A DNA stretch of 64,000 bases, taken from Blastocatellia bacterium. GTDB taxonomy: Bacteria; Acidobacteriota; Blastocatellia; UBA7656. Under the pieces are notes generated by a model. It saw only the letters and a list, made by a program, of their open reading frames with translations. It was not told where the DNA came from and made no database searches. The stretch lies in assembly GCA_963765495.1 (NCBI GenBank), contig CAVXWP010000001.1, forward strand, positions 1,024,001 through 1,088,000. The letters run 5' to 3'. Every line of letters begins with the position of its first letter. Positions within the stretch are counted from its first letter, which is position 1. Positions 31,032-40,843 of this stretch are shown here, one piece after another. The position numbers and the translations under genes are program-made.

Positions 31032-31508
31032 ATGACTATAACTGTTAGAACCGCAAGCCTGATAGTTTTCTTTATCGTGTGTATGGACTTCTTTAGCGCT
31101 TTGGGAATTCCCCAGATGCAAAGTCAAGCTAACGAGAAGTTGAATTTAATTCTGGAATCTATCTCTAAGACCTCTCCCGAAGGAATTCAGATCATTGAGG
31201 AAGCTCTCGATAAATATCCAGTAGTCAATGGGAAGCGTTCAACAAGAACCCTTTTGGAGATCATTGAAGAGTATTCAGTGAGGCGACGGGTATATAATAT
31301 TAATCCTATTGGCTGGTATGCGTCGCGCTCGAAGAATCATCTTTGGAGAATAGTATTTTATTACCAGGATTACCAAAAAGAATACCAGTCGGCAGAATGG
31401 CAATATGAGGCCGATACAAAGGAATTACGCTCTTTCGAAAGCAAGAATGCTCCACAATTCTGGACAAGTGCGCCGAGAGAAGAAACAAGCTCATTGAACC
31501 AAGAATAG
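31032..31508 (+). CDS. Hypothetical exported protein, candidate immunity protein
   Basis: AT-rich ORF with N-terminal hydrophobic segment downstream of the Rhs tip. Confidence 0.6.
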   Translation: MTITVRTASLIVFFIVCMDFFSALGIPQMQSQANEKLNLILESISKTSPEGIQIIEEALDKYPVVNGKRSTRTLLEIIEEYSVRRRVYNINPIGWYASRSKNHLWRIVFYYQDYQKEYQSAEWQYEADTKELRSFESKNAPQFWTSAPREETSSLNQE

Positions 31509-31605
31509 GAACTGCTCTGTACAGACCCAGAGGCAGATATGTCAAATCAACCATTTTTAGCAGGACATCTGATCGGGATCACTTGATCTGTACCTGCTTT
31601 GGAGC

Positions 31606-31977
31606 TTGGGCATGATACTTTTCATCTATGTATTTTGCATAGCTACACCCATCGGCGCATATGTAGGATGGCTCACAGGGGCATTAATAAAGAGAGTCCT
31701 GCATGAAAACAGGCCAAGGGTTATTCTTGACGTGGTTATTGGCGCTATTGGATTTCTCGTCACCTCATTTATTTCGTTTCCTTACGTGAAATCTTACACT
31801 GAAGAAAAATGGATGAATGGTCAATTAGTATATAAGAAGACAACAGGATTTTCGGGACTCTTCCTCTTATATGGGCTTCTGGGAACTGCAATCCTGGTTA
31901 TAGTTGTTCATTTGGGTATAAAAGCCTGGAGAAAGTTGGACCGCACTGGCCACGTAGCAAAAACTGATGCTGAGTAA
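31606..31977 (+). CDS. Small three-TM membrane protein, candidate immunity protein
   Basis: Three hydrophobic segments; AT-rich; position in the Rhs locus. Confidence 0.6.
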   Translation: MGMILFIYVFCIATPIGAYVGWLTGALIKRVLHENRPRVILDVVIGAIGFLVTSFISFPYVKSYTEEKWMNGQLVYKKTTGFSGLFLLYGLLGTAILVIVVHLGIKAWRKLDRTGHVAKTDAE

Positions 31978-31985
31978 TGTATAAG

Positions 31986-32481
31986 GCACACCGCAAACGA
32001 GCGAGATTATGAATCTGAGCTATGACTACGAGGCGGCAGCCGGTGAGATGGGAGCAGGCTCGACATCGGGCAACGCGGGGCAGTTGATGTCAGTGACCGG
32101 GACTATCGATTCACAGCCCGAGAGCGCAGTCTATACCTACGACAATCTCGGCAGGCTTGTGACAAGCTCACAGACCACAAACACAGTGAGCGCCGAGCGG
32201 CGATATGAGTATGACAGGTGGGGCAACCGCACAGGGATGTGGGATCAGACCACAGGCGGCTCTCAGATACAAAGCCTCAGCTTGGAGCAATCAGCCGGAG
32301 CGCCGACAAACCGCATCACAAACCTGAGCAATCCGTCCGGCACATCGGCCTACAGCTATGACGAGGCAGGCAATGTGACAGGGGACGGTTTGCACAGCTA
32401 CACATACGACGCGGAGAACCGGCTCGTCAGCGTGGATTTTGGGGCAACGGCTCTCTACAGCTACGATCAGGCAAACAGGCG
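31986..32481 (+). pseudogene. Orphan Rhs core fragment, copy of 29108-29603, lacking a toxin tip
   Basis: 496 bp that appear identical by eye to the internal rhs segment; the ORF leaves homology after DQANRR. Confidence 0.9.
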
Positions 32482-32663
32482 GCCAGAAATATTGCAGCCT
32501 GAGTACTGCCATCACTTCTCCTTCGAAGCCAGAATATCCATTCGATTCCTTATATGGGCTGATTGCAACATATTCCGGGGGCAATTACGTATAGCTTGGC
32601 ATCTTTGATTTTGCATAAAACCGTTTTTGCTTGCGACTGTACAAGAGTAAAGGAGGAGTGTTT

Positions 32664-33788
32664 ATGAAAAGACTGATGAATATGTCTGCCCTGATTCTTT
32701 TGGCAATCTCGATGACGCTGATAAATTCTGCCGCCGGCCCGGCACAGGAGTTAAGGCAACCACCCGATCTCAAGGTTGACGCGGGCGCGCGCGCAGAGGT
32801 TATCGAAGGCGTTTTGAAACAACTCAACGAAGGTTATGTCTTTCCCGAAGTCGCCGCAAAGATGGAAAAATCCATCCGCGAGCGGGAGGGAAAAAAAGAG
32901 TACGACGGGATCACAAGCGCAATCGAACTGGCTCGAAAACTGACCTCGGATTTGCAGGAGGTCAGCCACGATAAACACCTGCGCGTGGGCTACAGCTATG
33001 AAGTGCTGCCTCTTGAGAAGGAAGATGGAGAGCCGACCCCCGAAGAGCGCGAGCGATTTCTCACTCGTCTGAGGTTGATCAATTTCGGTTTTGAAAAGGC
33101 AGAGCGGCTGCCCGGAAACATTGGCTATCTGGAATTGCGCGGGTTTGTCCCGGCCCAGTTTGGCAGCGAAACGGCGGTCGCGGCAATGAATTTTTTGGCA
33201 AATACAGACGCCTTGATCATAGACCTCAGACGCAACGGCGGCGGAGACCCCGCAATGGTAGCCTTGATTTCCAGCTATCTGTTTGACTCCGAACCCGTTC
33301 ACCTCAACAGCCTCTACTGGCGTCCGGGCAACACAACTCACCAGTGGTGGACGCTGCCTTATGTGCCGGGCCAGAGATTCGGCAGGCAAAAGGATGTTTA
33401 CGTACTGACGAGCAACCGCACGTTTTCAGCGGCCGAAGAATTTACCTATAACCTGCAAAACCTCAAGCGCGCCACCATCGTGGGAGAGACCACAGGCGGC
33501 GGCGCGCATCCGGGCGGCTCTCGCCGCGTAAACGACCATTTTCAGGTGTGGGTCCCAAGCGGGCGAGCCATCAATCCCATCAGCGGGACCAACTGGGAAG
33601 GCACAGGCGTGAAACCGGATGTTGAGGTGCCCGCAGATCAGGCATTCAAAACTGCCCAGCTTATGGCGCTCAAGAAGGCGATGGATAAGACATCCGACGA
33701 GGATTTGAAAGACCAGCTTAAGAGCATTACTGAAAACGTTCAAAAGGAACTTGACGAATTGAAGAAGAATCAATCAAACAAACCCTGA
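32664..33788 (+). CDS. S41 family peptidase (IRBP-like)
   Basis: Signal peptide; IIDLRRNGGG, TFSAAEEF, VGETTGGG, WEGTGVKPD. Confidence 0.92.
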   Translation: MKRLMNMSALILLAISMTLINSAAGPAQELRQPPDLKVDAGARAEVIEGVLKQLNEGYVFPEVAAKMEKSIREREGKKEYDGITSAIELARKLTSDLQEVSHDKHLRVGYSYEVLPLEKEDGEPTPEERERFLTRLRLINFGFEKAERLPGNIGYLELRGFVPAQFGSETAVAAMNFLANTDALIIDLRRNGGGDPAMVALISSYLFDSEPVHLNSLYWRPGNTTHQWWTLPYVPGQRFGRQKDVYVLTSNRTFSAAEEFTYNLQNLKRATIVGETTGGGAHPGGSRRVNDHFQVWVPSGRAINPISGTNWEGTGVKPDVEVPADQAFKTAQLMALKKAMDKTSDEDLKDQLKSITENVQKELDELKKNQSNKP

Positions 33789-33815
33789 ACAACTCCGTCG
33801 AGTGAAAAACACTTA

Positions 33816-33868
33816 GACAGGATTAACAAGATTCACCAGGATTAAAAGAGAATCCTGTTAATCCTGTC
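33816..33868. repeat. Inverted 9-mer arrays (ACAGGATTA class)
   Basis: gacaggattaacaagattcaccaggatt ... aatcctgttaatcctgtc. Confidence 0.8.
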
Positions 33869-33908
33869 AAAAAAATCCGGTTTTCCGGTCACACATCCGG
33901 GCTTTGTC

Positions 33909-34394
33909 ATGTCTGAAGGGTTCATTAATAAACAACCGCCAAAAGGTTTGCTCCGTTTGCTTGCGCGATTTCCCATCCTGCTTTATCGCGCACATCTGGG
34001 CTGGCTTCTCGGAAAGCGGTTTCTGATGCTTACGCACACGGGGCGCAAAAGCGGGGAACCGCGCAAGGTCGTGCTCGAAGTAGTCAGCCGCGACCCGTCT
34101 ACCGAAACCTGGGTTGTCGCTTCGGGATGGGGCGAAAAATCGAACTGGTTTCAAAATATTTTAAAGACACCTGAAGTGGTTGTGCAGACGGGGAACCGGA
34201 AGTTTCAGGCCGTAGCCGAAAGGCTCTCCGTAGCCGAGGCGACGCGCATATTATGCGATTATGCCCGCCGCCACCCGTCCGCCTTTCGCAAGATCGGAAA
34301 ACTTATGCTCGGCCGGCAGATGGACGCGACCGAAGAAGATTGCCGCCGCGTGGCCGAGTTAATCCCTCTGGTTGCCCTGCGAGCTAGACCGTGA
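33909..34394 (+). CDS. Deazaflavin (F420)-dependent nitroreductase family protein
   Basis: LTHTGRKSGEPR, VASGWG..SNWFQNI. Confidence 0.85.
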   Translation: MSEGFINKQPPKGLLRLLARFPILLYRAHLGWLLGKRFLMLTHTGRKSGEPRKVVLEVVSRDPSTETWVVASGWGEKSNWFQNILKTPEVVVQTGNRKFQAVAERLSVAEATRILCDYARRHPSAFRKIGKLMLGRQMDATEEDCRRVAELIPLVALRARP

Positions 34395-34723
34395 GCATCG
34401 AATCCACAAACGAATGCCTGCTCAAATTTGGCCCCGCTCCATCAGCAGTGTGAGCAAAATCATTTTTGCTGTTGCGTCAACCGCTCAAATGCTATATGGT
34501 CTCTGACCATTGGGGATATACGCCCTTTCGCTCGGCTTTTAGGTCATAAGGTCGTAGCCGAGATTGAAGGACAATCGAATTACGATTGCAATCATCTTCG
34601 CATAATGAATTGAAAGAACGGGTTCAGGTCTTGTCTGCAATTTTAGAGTTGCACGCTCGCAGTTTGAACATGTGAAGTTTCTGTCAGGAACTGTTTGATT
34701 CTTTCACTTGAAAAGGAGAGATT

Positions 34724-35110
34724 ATGGCAAAGACTGTTGCAACCGTTATCGGTGTAGTGTTTGTTCTGGTGGGATTGATCGGTTTCGCTGCTCACGATCT
34801 TATGGGCACGCATCTGGGCACCGTGCATAATCTGGTGCATATTGTTTCAGGAATTGTCGCGCTTTACTTCGGCCTGAAAGGGACGCTCGGGCAGGCGCGG
34901 TTGTTCTGCATCGTGTTTGGAATAGTGTACGGCCTGCTCGGGGTGCTTGGCTTTGTCGCTGGAACGGGCGCTGACCGTATGCTTGAACTGCCTGCCGGGC
35001 TGATGCTGGGAACAAACGATCATGCGCTTCACATCGTGCTTGGGATCGTTTTTCTTGCCGCAGGGTTCCTTACTAAGGCTGAAACAAAACACACGGCAGC
35101 CGCTTCCTGA
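34724..35110 (+). CDS. DUF4383-like membrane protein
   Basis: Four TM helices, HNLVHIVSG motif; AAGGAG RBS. Confidence 0.7.
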   Translation: MAKTVATVIGVVFVLVGLIGFAAHDLMGTHLGTVHNLVHIVSGIVALYFGLKGTLGQARLFCIVFGIVYGLLGVLGFVAGTGADRMLELPAGLMLGTNDHALHIVLGIVFLAAGFLTKAETKHTAAAS

Positions 35111-35136
35111 GCTTTTCAGCTATAAATGGCCCTGAA

Positions 35137-35209
35137 GATGAACACAGATAAGCGCGGATTTGAGCATAGAGTATCTGCCTTTACCCGTATTTATCCGTGC
35201 TCATCTGTG
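35137..35209. repeat. Inverted 9-mer arrays (CACAGAT/CGCGGAT class)
   Basis: gatgaacacagataagcgcggat ... atctgcctttacccgtatttatccgtgctcatctgtg. Confidence 0.7.
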
Positions 35210-35259
35210 ATCGATGTTTGCTGTTCTCGTATCAGCGGCTCAAACTCGTAAAATGCGAT

Positions 35260-36336
35260 TCAACACTTGCCGTTTGAGGCGGCGCGGAAAAGCTTCAGCA
35301 GCGCGTACTCTTCCGGCTCGTATTCGGGTTGGATGCGGCGAATAACGCGCCGGGATTTCGGGCGAAACTCTTCGAGCGTGACGCCTTCCACATAACGATC
35401 AAATATGACCGGGTGGATATAGCAACTCCGGCACACGGCCGGGGTGTTTCCCAGGCGGTCGGCCACGCGCTCGACCGCCTCCACTATATTTTTTTTGGCC
35501 TGCTTTTCATCGGGCGGCTCTCCCAGATCGGCCAGATTGATCGCCGCCAGAAGCGTTCCTCCCCACGTCCGAAAATCCTTGGCCGAGAACTCGGTCGAGG
35601 TCGCCGTCTTTATATATTCATTCACATCCTTTGGCTTGACCGGATGAATGCGCCCGTCCTCTCCCACGTACTCAAACAGTTTCGGGCCTCCCAGTCTTTT
35701 CAACTCGCGAAGTATCGCCGCCAACTCCTTATCAACCAGAATGCGGCGCTGACGCACGTGATGCTTTCCCCTGAATTTGAATATAAGCCTGCCGTTCGAC
35801 TTGATTTCCAGATGGCGATTGCGAAGCGTAGTCACTCCATAAGTGCGATAGCGTTTTACGCTCGCTTCCGAACCGATTCGAAAATAGAGATCATTGATGA
35901 GCCTTATTACTACGGCAAGCACGCGCTCGCGTGACAGCCCTTTCATGCTCAGGTGCTCGTTTGTCGCCCGTCGCAGCGAAGGCAGATTATGACCAAATCG
36001 CTCGATCTTTTCATACTTCTTTTTTTGCTGCCGCGCGGCGTAGGCAGGATGATATTTGTATTGAATGCGCCCGAGAGTGTCTACGCCTACGGCTTGAAGT
36101 CGTCCCCGCATTGAAGGCGATATGCGCACCTCCTGCCAGGCCGGTGGGATGACAAGCGCCTGTATGCGCTCGATATGAGACGCGTCTTTTACGGGGCGGT
36201 CGTCGGCCGTCACATAGCGAAACCCCTCCTCTTTCGAGCCGAGCCTTCGCCACCATCGCGAGCGCCTGCCTCGCTCGACCAGCGCCCTCGCCCGCTCCTG
36301 AAACTCCTTTTCCTGATCCGCTTTACTGCTTGCCAT
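35260..36336 (-). CDS. DNA topoisomerase IB (bacterial/poxvirus-like)
   Basis: IPPAW, GRIQYKYH, FRIGSE, FRGK, AKDFRTW, LGNTPAVCRSCY; start set at MASSK. Confidence 0.92.
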   Translation of the reverse strand: MASSKADQEKEFQERARALVERGRRSRWWRRLGSKEEGFRYVTADDRPVKDASHIERIQALVIPPAWQEVRISPSMRGRLQAVGVDTLGRIQYKYHPAYAARQQKKKYEKIERFGHNLPSLRRATNEHLSMKGLSRERVLAVVIRLINDLYFRIGSEASVKRYRTYGVTTLRNRHLEIKSNGRLIFKFRGKHHVRQRRILVDKELAAILRELKRLGGPKLFEYVGEDGRIHPVKPKDVNEYIKTATSTEFSAKDFRTWGGTLLAAINLADLGEPPDEKQAKKNIVEAVERVADRLGNTPAVCRSCYIHPVIFDRYVEGVTLEEFRPKSRRVIRRIQPEYEPEEYALLKLFRAASNGKC

Positions 36337-36483
36337 CGTTTGCCCGCCGTTCGACTGTAGGAAACTGCTCCGGTCCGCACTCGGAATCTTCCCGAGTGCA
36401 ATGATTGTGCCAGCAGTCTGAAGCGCGGGCAGGCTTTTGACAGGATTAACAGAATTCAAATGGATTCTCTTCAACTACCTGCG

Positions 36484-37398
36484 TTAACTTCTGAGCAGGT
36501 TGTCGAAATCATCGAGGTCGGGGACCAGCGACCAGCTAAGCCGCTCGATGGTGTCGCTGTATTCATCTACCTGACTGCCGCCGACCCATACCCGCGTCCC
36601 GAGAGGGAGGCGTTCCGCCAGGGTCTCCATCTGCGATCGGACTTTTATATCTTCGGAATTTATCAGGCTAAGGGCAAGAAAACGCGACTTGCTCAACTCT
36701 ACGGCAAAGGCAATCTCGACCGAAGGCAAATCCGCGCCCAGATATATGACCCGCCAGCCGCGCGTGGCCGCAAGCAAGGCGGCCAGCAGCAACCCGAATT
36801 CGTGCCGCTCACCCGAAAGCGTCGCAAGCACTAAGGTTTCAGCCGCTTCCGTGGGCGGATAAAGCTTGAAAAGCGAACTCAACAGATTTCTGAGCAGACC
36901 CGTTGCCACGTGCTCTTGCGCAACTCCGAATTCCTTGTGCGCCCATCGACTGCCTATTTCATCCAGTACCGGAACGATCACGTTTTTTATCAGCGGACGG
37001 GCCGGAAACAGTGTTGCCGCCCGGCTCAATTCCATGTCGGCCGCCACTACGTCCAATACCTCAATCGCGCTCAAAAAACGGGCGCGCACAATCGAGTAGG
37101 GATCACCCGCCTCTGTCGTTGGAAAAGGGTCGTTGCTTAACAAGCGATCCAATTCTTCTTCTGATAGCCTCGCCACCTGGCCTATGCTGTGGCCCTTCTC
37201 GATTGCCTGCCGCAACCGCCTGAGCCGCGAAATCTCCGCGTCGGAGTAGAGGCGTGACCCGCCCCCGCTTCGCACAGGCTGAATGGCCCCGTAACGCCGC
37301 TCCCACACCCTTACCACGTCGGCCGAAAGCCCCGTCAGCTTTGTGACCGTCCCAATCCGATACTTTGCCGTCGCTTCGACTGTACTATCGCTTGCCAT
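36484..37398 (-). CDS. CarH/LitR-type MerR regulator with cobalamin-binding domain
   Basis: MerR HTH (RVWERRYG), W-x9-EH (WAHKEFGVAQEH), ERHEFG (ExHxxG); divergent from carotenoid genes. Confidence 0.92.
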   Translation of the reverse strand: MASDSTVEATAKYRIGTVTKLTGLSADVVRVWERRYGAIQPVRSGGGSRLYSDAEISRLRRLRQAIEKGHSIGQVARLSEEELDRLLSNDPFPTTEAGDPYSIVRARFLSAIEVLDVVAADMELSRAATLFPARPLIKNVIVPVLDEIGSRWAHKEFGVAQEHVATGLLRNLLSSLFKLYPPTEAAETLVLATLSGERHEFGLLLAALLAATRGWRVIYLGADLPSVEIAFAVELSKSRFLALSLINSEDIKVRSQMETLAERLPLGTRVWVGGSQVDEYSDTIERLSWSLVPDLDDFDNLLRS

Positions 37399-37404
37399 AA
37401 CCCC

Positions 37405-37471
37405 ATGTTGCTGTCGTGTCCTAATTCTGTCAAGATAAAATCTTGACAGACGATGTAAAGCCGTCTAGCCT
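37405..37471. promoter_or_regulatory. Divergent promoters and candidate CarH operator
   Basis: CTGTCAAGAT-AAA-ATCTTGACAG palindrome holds back-to-back TTGACA -35 boxes; + strand TTGACA-N17-TAGCCT; TGT repeated at 11-bp spacing (37406, 37417, 37428). Confidence 0.65.
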
Positions 37472-37528
37472 TTTAAGTGTCAAACGGGGTAGAATGGAGC
37501 CGAACGCAAACTGTTTAGGAGGGGCGCG

Positions 37529-38476
37529 ATGAAGATACTGATGACGGGGGTTACGGGGCTGATAGGCAGGGAGTTAAGCCGGTCATTGACAGGAGAAGGG
37601 CACGCGGTGACGGGTTTGTCGCGGTCGCCTGAACGTGCGAGCGGGGTGGCTGTGGCAGAGATGCTAAAGTGGGAGCCGCAATCCGGCCCGCCGCCCGCCG
37701 AAGGGCTGGAAGGCGCAGATGTGGTCGTGCATCTTGCCGGAGAGCCTATCGCCGCGCGTCGCTGGACCGATGAACAGAAGAGACGGATACGGGATTCGCG
37801 GGTCTTAAGCACCCGAAACCTCGTGGAAGGTATGGCCTCGGCAACAGAGAGGCCGAAGGTCTTTATCTGCGGCTCTGCGGTAGGGTATTACGGCAATCGC
37901 GGGGACGAGCGAGTAGATGAGGCCTCAGCGCCGGGAAATGACTTTATGAGCCAGGTTTGTCAGGAATGGGAAGGTGAAGCCGCGCGCGCGCGCGCGCTTT
38001 CGATAAGAGTTGTCGAGGTTCGGACGGGCGTGGTTTTGAGCGATGAAGACGGGGCGCTCAAAAAGATGTTGCCGGCTTTCAAGCTTGGCGTAGCAGGCCC
38101 GCTTGGCGGCGGCAATCAATGGTTTCCCTGGATTCATCTGGCCGACATCGTCGGCATCTTTCGTCACGCGATCAATTTAAACTCGCTCGACGGCCCCATC
38201 AACGGCACAGCGCCAAACCCGGTCACCAATGCCGAGTTCACCAAAGAGCTTGGTAGGGTGCTGCACCGGCCTACGATTCTGCCCGTCCCCGAATTTGGCT
38301 TGCGGCTCCTGATGGGGGAGATGGCCGACGTAGTCCTGACATCGGAGCGCGTGCTGCCAAGGGTAGCCGAAGCGACCGGGTATGAATTTCATTTCCCGGA
38401 CCTCGCATCGGCGCTGGAAGATTTACTGAGTGAAAAACGATCTTCCGGTCGCGCGGCGACCGGCACCCCCCGATAG
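37529..38476 (+). CDS. TIGR01777-family NAD-dependent epimerase-like oxidoreductase
   Basis: TGVTGLIG, HLAGEPI..RRWT, SAVGYYG, GGGNQWFPWIH. Confidence 0.9.
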   Translation: MKILMTGVTGLIGRELSRSLTGEGHAVTGLSRSPERASGVAVAEMLKWEPQSGPPPAEGLEGADVVVHLAGEPIAARRWTDEQKRRIRDSRVLSTRNLVEGMASATERPKVFICGSAVGYYGNRGDERVDEASAPGNDFMSQVCQEWEGEAARARALSIRVVEVRTGVVLSDEDGALKKMLPAFKLGVAGPLGGGNQWFPWIHLADIVGIFRHAINLNSLDGPINGTAPNPVTNAEFTKELGRVLHRPTILPVPEFGLRLLMGEMADVVLTSERVLPRVAEATGYEFHFPDLASALEDLLSEKRSSGRAATGTPR

Positions 38477-38511
38477 CTGAGAGCCAGACCCATACTCTAC
38501 AGGAAACGAAA

Positions 38512-39033
38512 ATGCAGACCTATTTATTGGAGCGCGAGCAGGAAATTCCGCGATCTCGAACCGAGACATTCGCATTCTTTGGCGACGCCGTCAATCTGGA
38601 GCGCATAACGCCCGGGTTCTTGCGGTTTCGCATTCTGACCCCCGCACCCGTATTGATGAAAAAGGGCACACTGCTCGAATACCGGCTGGCTCTTTTTGGA
38701 ATCAGCTTTAACTGGCTCACACTGATCGAATCTTGGACGCCGGAAGAATCGTTTGTTGATACACAACTCAAGGGGCCGTATTTGTTGTGGAGGCATACGC
38801 ACAAGTTTGAGCCGCTCGGACCTGATCGCACGCTCATGCGGGACCGGGTAGAGTACGGTTTGCCGTTTGGCCTCATCGGGCGTATAGCGCACGCTCTGTT
38901 TGTAAAAGGATTGCTGGACGGAATCTTTGATTATCGGGCAGAGATGACGGCGCGCCTGCTTGCGCCGGAGGCTCAATCAAACCCGGCATCAATTGAGCAG
39001 TCGAAATCACAGGAGCGAAGAAAGGCATCCTGA
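38512..39033 (+). CDS. SRPBCC family protein
   Basis: NLERITP, FVDTQLKGPY..WRHTH. Confidence 0.85.
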   Translation: MQTYLLEREQEIPRSRTETFAFFGDAVNLERITPGFLRFRILTPAPVLMKKGTLLEYRLALFGISFNWLTLIESWTPEESFVDTQLKGPYLLWRHTHKFEPLGPDRTLMRDRVEYGLPFGLIGRIAHALFVKGLLDGIFDYRAEMTARLLAPEAQSNPASIEQSKSQERRKAS

Positions 39034-39091
39034 GCTTGCCTGTTCTAATTTTTATCACCCGATTGATAAGGCGAGAAAGTTATATATTCAA

Positions 39092-39586
39092 ATGGAAAAC
39101 ATTGCGACGGGCAAAAACGAATGGGTGGTCCTGATAATATTTCTTGTGGCCTGTTTTGCAGTTGCGGGGCTCGGGTCGTTTGCCACGACCCCTGAGATAC
39201 GCGGCTGGTATCGAGGATTGCAAAAGCCCGCCTGGACTCCGCCCAACTGGCTTTTCGGGCCTGTCTGGACCCTGCTTTACGCGGCTATGGCCGTCGCCGC
39301 GTGGCTTATCTGGAAACGCGCGGGATGGTCGGAGGCAGGCACGGCATTGACTCTGTTTTTCATTCAGCTAGGATTAAACCTGGCCTGGTCATTCATTTTC
39401 TTTAAGTTTCACCAAACGGGCGCGGCACTGGCGGACATCGTTTTTCTGTGGATAGCCATCGCCGCGACTATTATAAAATTTGCCGAAATCTCGAACCCGG
39501 CGGCAATACTCTTAGTACCCTATTTGATCTGGGTAACTTATGCATCGGCGCTCAATCTGGCCATCTGGCGAATGAACGGCACGTGA
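39092..39586 (+). CDS. tspO: TspO/MBR tryptophan-rich sensory protein
   Basis: WY..LQKPAWTPPNWLFGPVWTLLY, QLGLNLAWS, PYLIWV. Confidence 0.93.
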   Translation: MENIATGKNEWVVLIIFLVACFAVAGLGSFATTPEIRGWYRGLQKPAWTPPNWLFGPVWTLLYAAMAVAAWLIWKRAGWSEAGTALTLFFIQLGLNLAWSFIFFKFHQTGAALADIVFLWIAIAATIIKFAEISNPAAILLVPYLIWVTYASALNLAIWRMNGT

Positions 39587-39688
39587 TGCGTGATTCGTGA
39601 CCTTAAATGAGTCTGTCTGTTAACTGTAACTTGCAAATTAGATAAATCACGCATCACGCATCACGCATCATTGAACGCATCACGCATT
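39581..39688. repeat. Inverted heptamer arrays (CGTGATG class) beginning at the tspO stop
   Basis: acgTGAtgcgtgattcgtga ... tcacgcatcacgcatcacgcatca. Confidence 0.88.
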
Positions 39689-39694
39689 ATCCTT

Positions 39695-40711
39695 ATGTCT
39701 GAGTCCATCAAAATCAGCAGGGCCACAGAAGTTTGGAGCGAACAGCAATGGGAGCGCCTCGAGCGCGACACTCGCCGCCAGGCTGTAGCAGCCGAAAACG
39801 AAGAGGCAGCCCGGGCAATCATCGCCGGGCAGGCCCGAAAAGTTATGCGCGCCTATACTACGAGCTTCTTCATAGTCACGCGCTTTTTGCCAGCGGTCAA
39901 ACGCGCAAAGGTCGAAGCCATCTATGCAGCCGTCCGCTACCCGGACGAGATAGTAGATACTTTTCCCCTGTCTCCAGCCGAGCAGATAAGTCTGCTTGAT
40001 AGGTGGGCTGCCGGGTATGAAGAGGGGCTTGCCGCCACATCCATAAAGGACGCGCTTACAAAAGGGGTGCCCTGTTTTCTTGCCGGATTTACTCAGGTTG
40101 TGCGCGAGGCCGGGATACCGCCCGAGTATTATCGCTCGTTTATCGAAGCAATGCGCCGCGATGTGTGGCCAAGACCTTTCACTACGCTCGAAGACTTGAT
40201 CGAGTCTTACATCTACGGCAGCGCAATCGTTGTCGGTTATTTTCTGACCTATGTGTATGGCGCGCAGTCTGAACGGGATTTCCCGCGTGCGCTGGAGAGC
40301 GCGCGCTTTCTGGCTATAGCTCTTCAACTGACAAATTTCCTCCGCGATGTGGGCGAAGATCATCGGCGCGGCAGGCTCTATCTTCCGCTCGACATACTGC
40401 GCGCCGAAGGCATCATTCGGGTAGATATTGCCGACCTCTCTCAACACGAGGCGCTCAAAGGCGCGCTAAGGCGGATGGTCGGTATCGCGGAAAATTATTA
40501 TGCGGCATCGGCGGCGGGTCTCGATGCTTTCGCCCCCGATTGCCGCGTGGCCATCAACGCCTGCATAGAAGTTTATCGCAAACTCAACAACCGAATAGGC
40601 CAAAGCCCGGAAGGCATCTTCCACCGCGAGAGCGTGCCTATGACTGAGAAGTTCAAGGTATTGCCCCCGAGCAAATACTGGCGCTTGCCTATCGCCTATT
40701 TGGGCAAGTAA
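39695..40711 (+). CDS. crtB: Phytoene synthase
   Basis: YAAVRYPDEIVD, ALQLTNFLRDVGED..RGRLYLP. Confidence 0.88.
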   Translation: MSESIKISRATEVWSEQQWERLERDTRRQAVAAENEEAARAIIAGQARKVMRAYTTSFFIVTRFLPAVKRAKVEAIYAAVRYPDEIVDTFPLSPAEQISLLDRWAAGYEEGLAATSIKDALTKGVPCFLAGFTQVVREAGIPPEYYRSFIEAMRRDVWPRPFTTLEDLIESYIYGSAIVVGYFLTYVYGAQSERDFPRALESARFLAIALQLTNFLRDVGEDHRRGRLYLPLDILRAEGIIRVDIADLSQHEALKGALRRMVGIAENYYAASAAGLDAFAPDCRVAINACIEVYRKLNNRIGQSPEGIFHRESVPMTEKFKVLPPSKYWRLPIAYLGK

Positions 40712-40843
40712 GCAGTTGGCGGTAGGCAGTTGCCGAATGATGATGGGGAAGAGATTGAAAATGGCAGGAGAAAATCACAAGGCGAGAGCAAGCTATCAAT
40801 CAAAGGCGGACTCACAGCCTATAGCCTACAGCCTACAGCCTAC
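40711..40843. repeat. Inverted heptamer arrays (GTAGGCA/CCTACAG class), right arm translated in crtI
   Basis: agcagttggcggtaggcagttg ... cagcctatagcctacagcctacagcctactg. Confidence 0.7.

Noticed and set aside
29108-32481. Repeat pair as a DGR template/variable repeat (prompted by the Avd-like four-helix gene)
   Set aside because: No adenine-specific mismatches seen and no reverse transcriptase in the window
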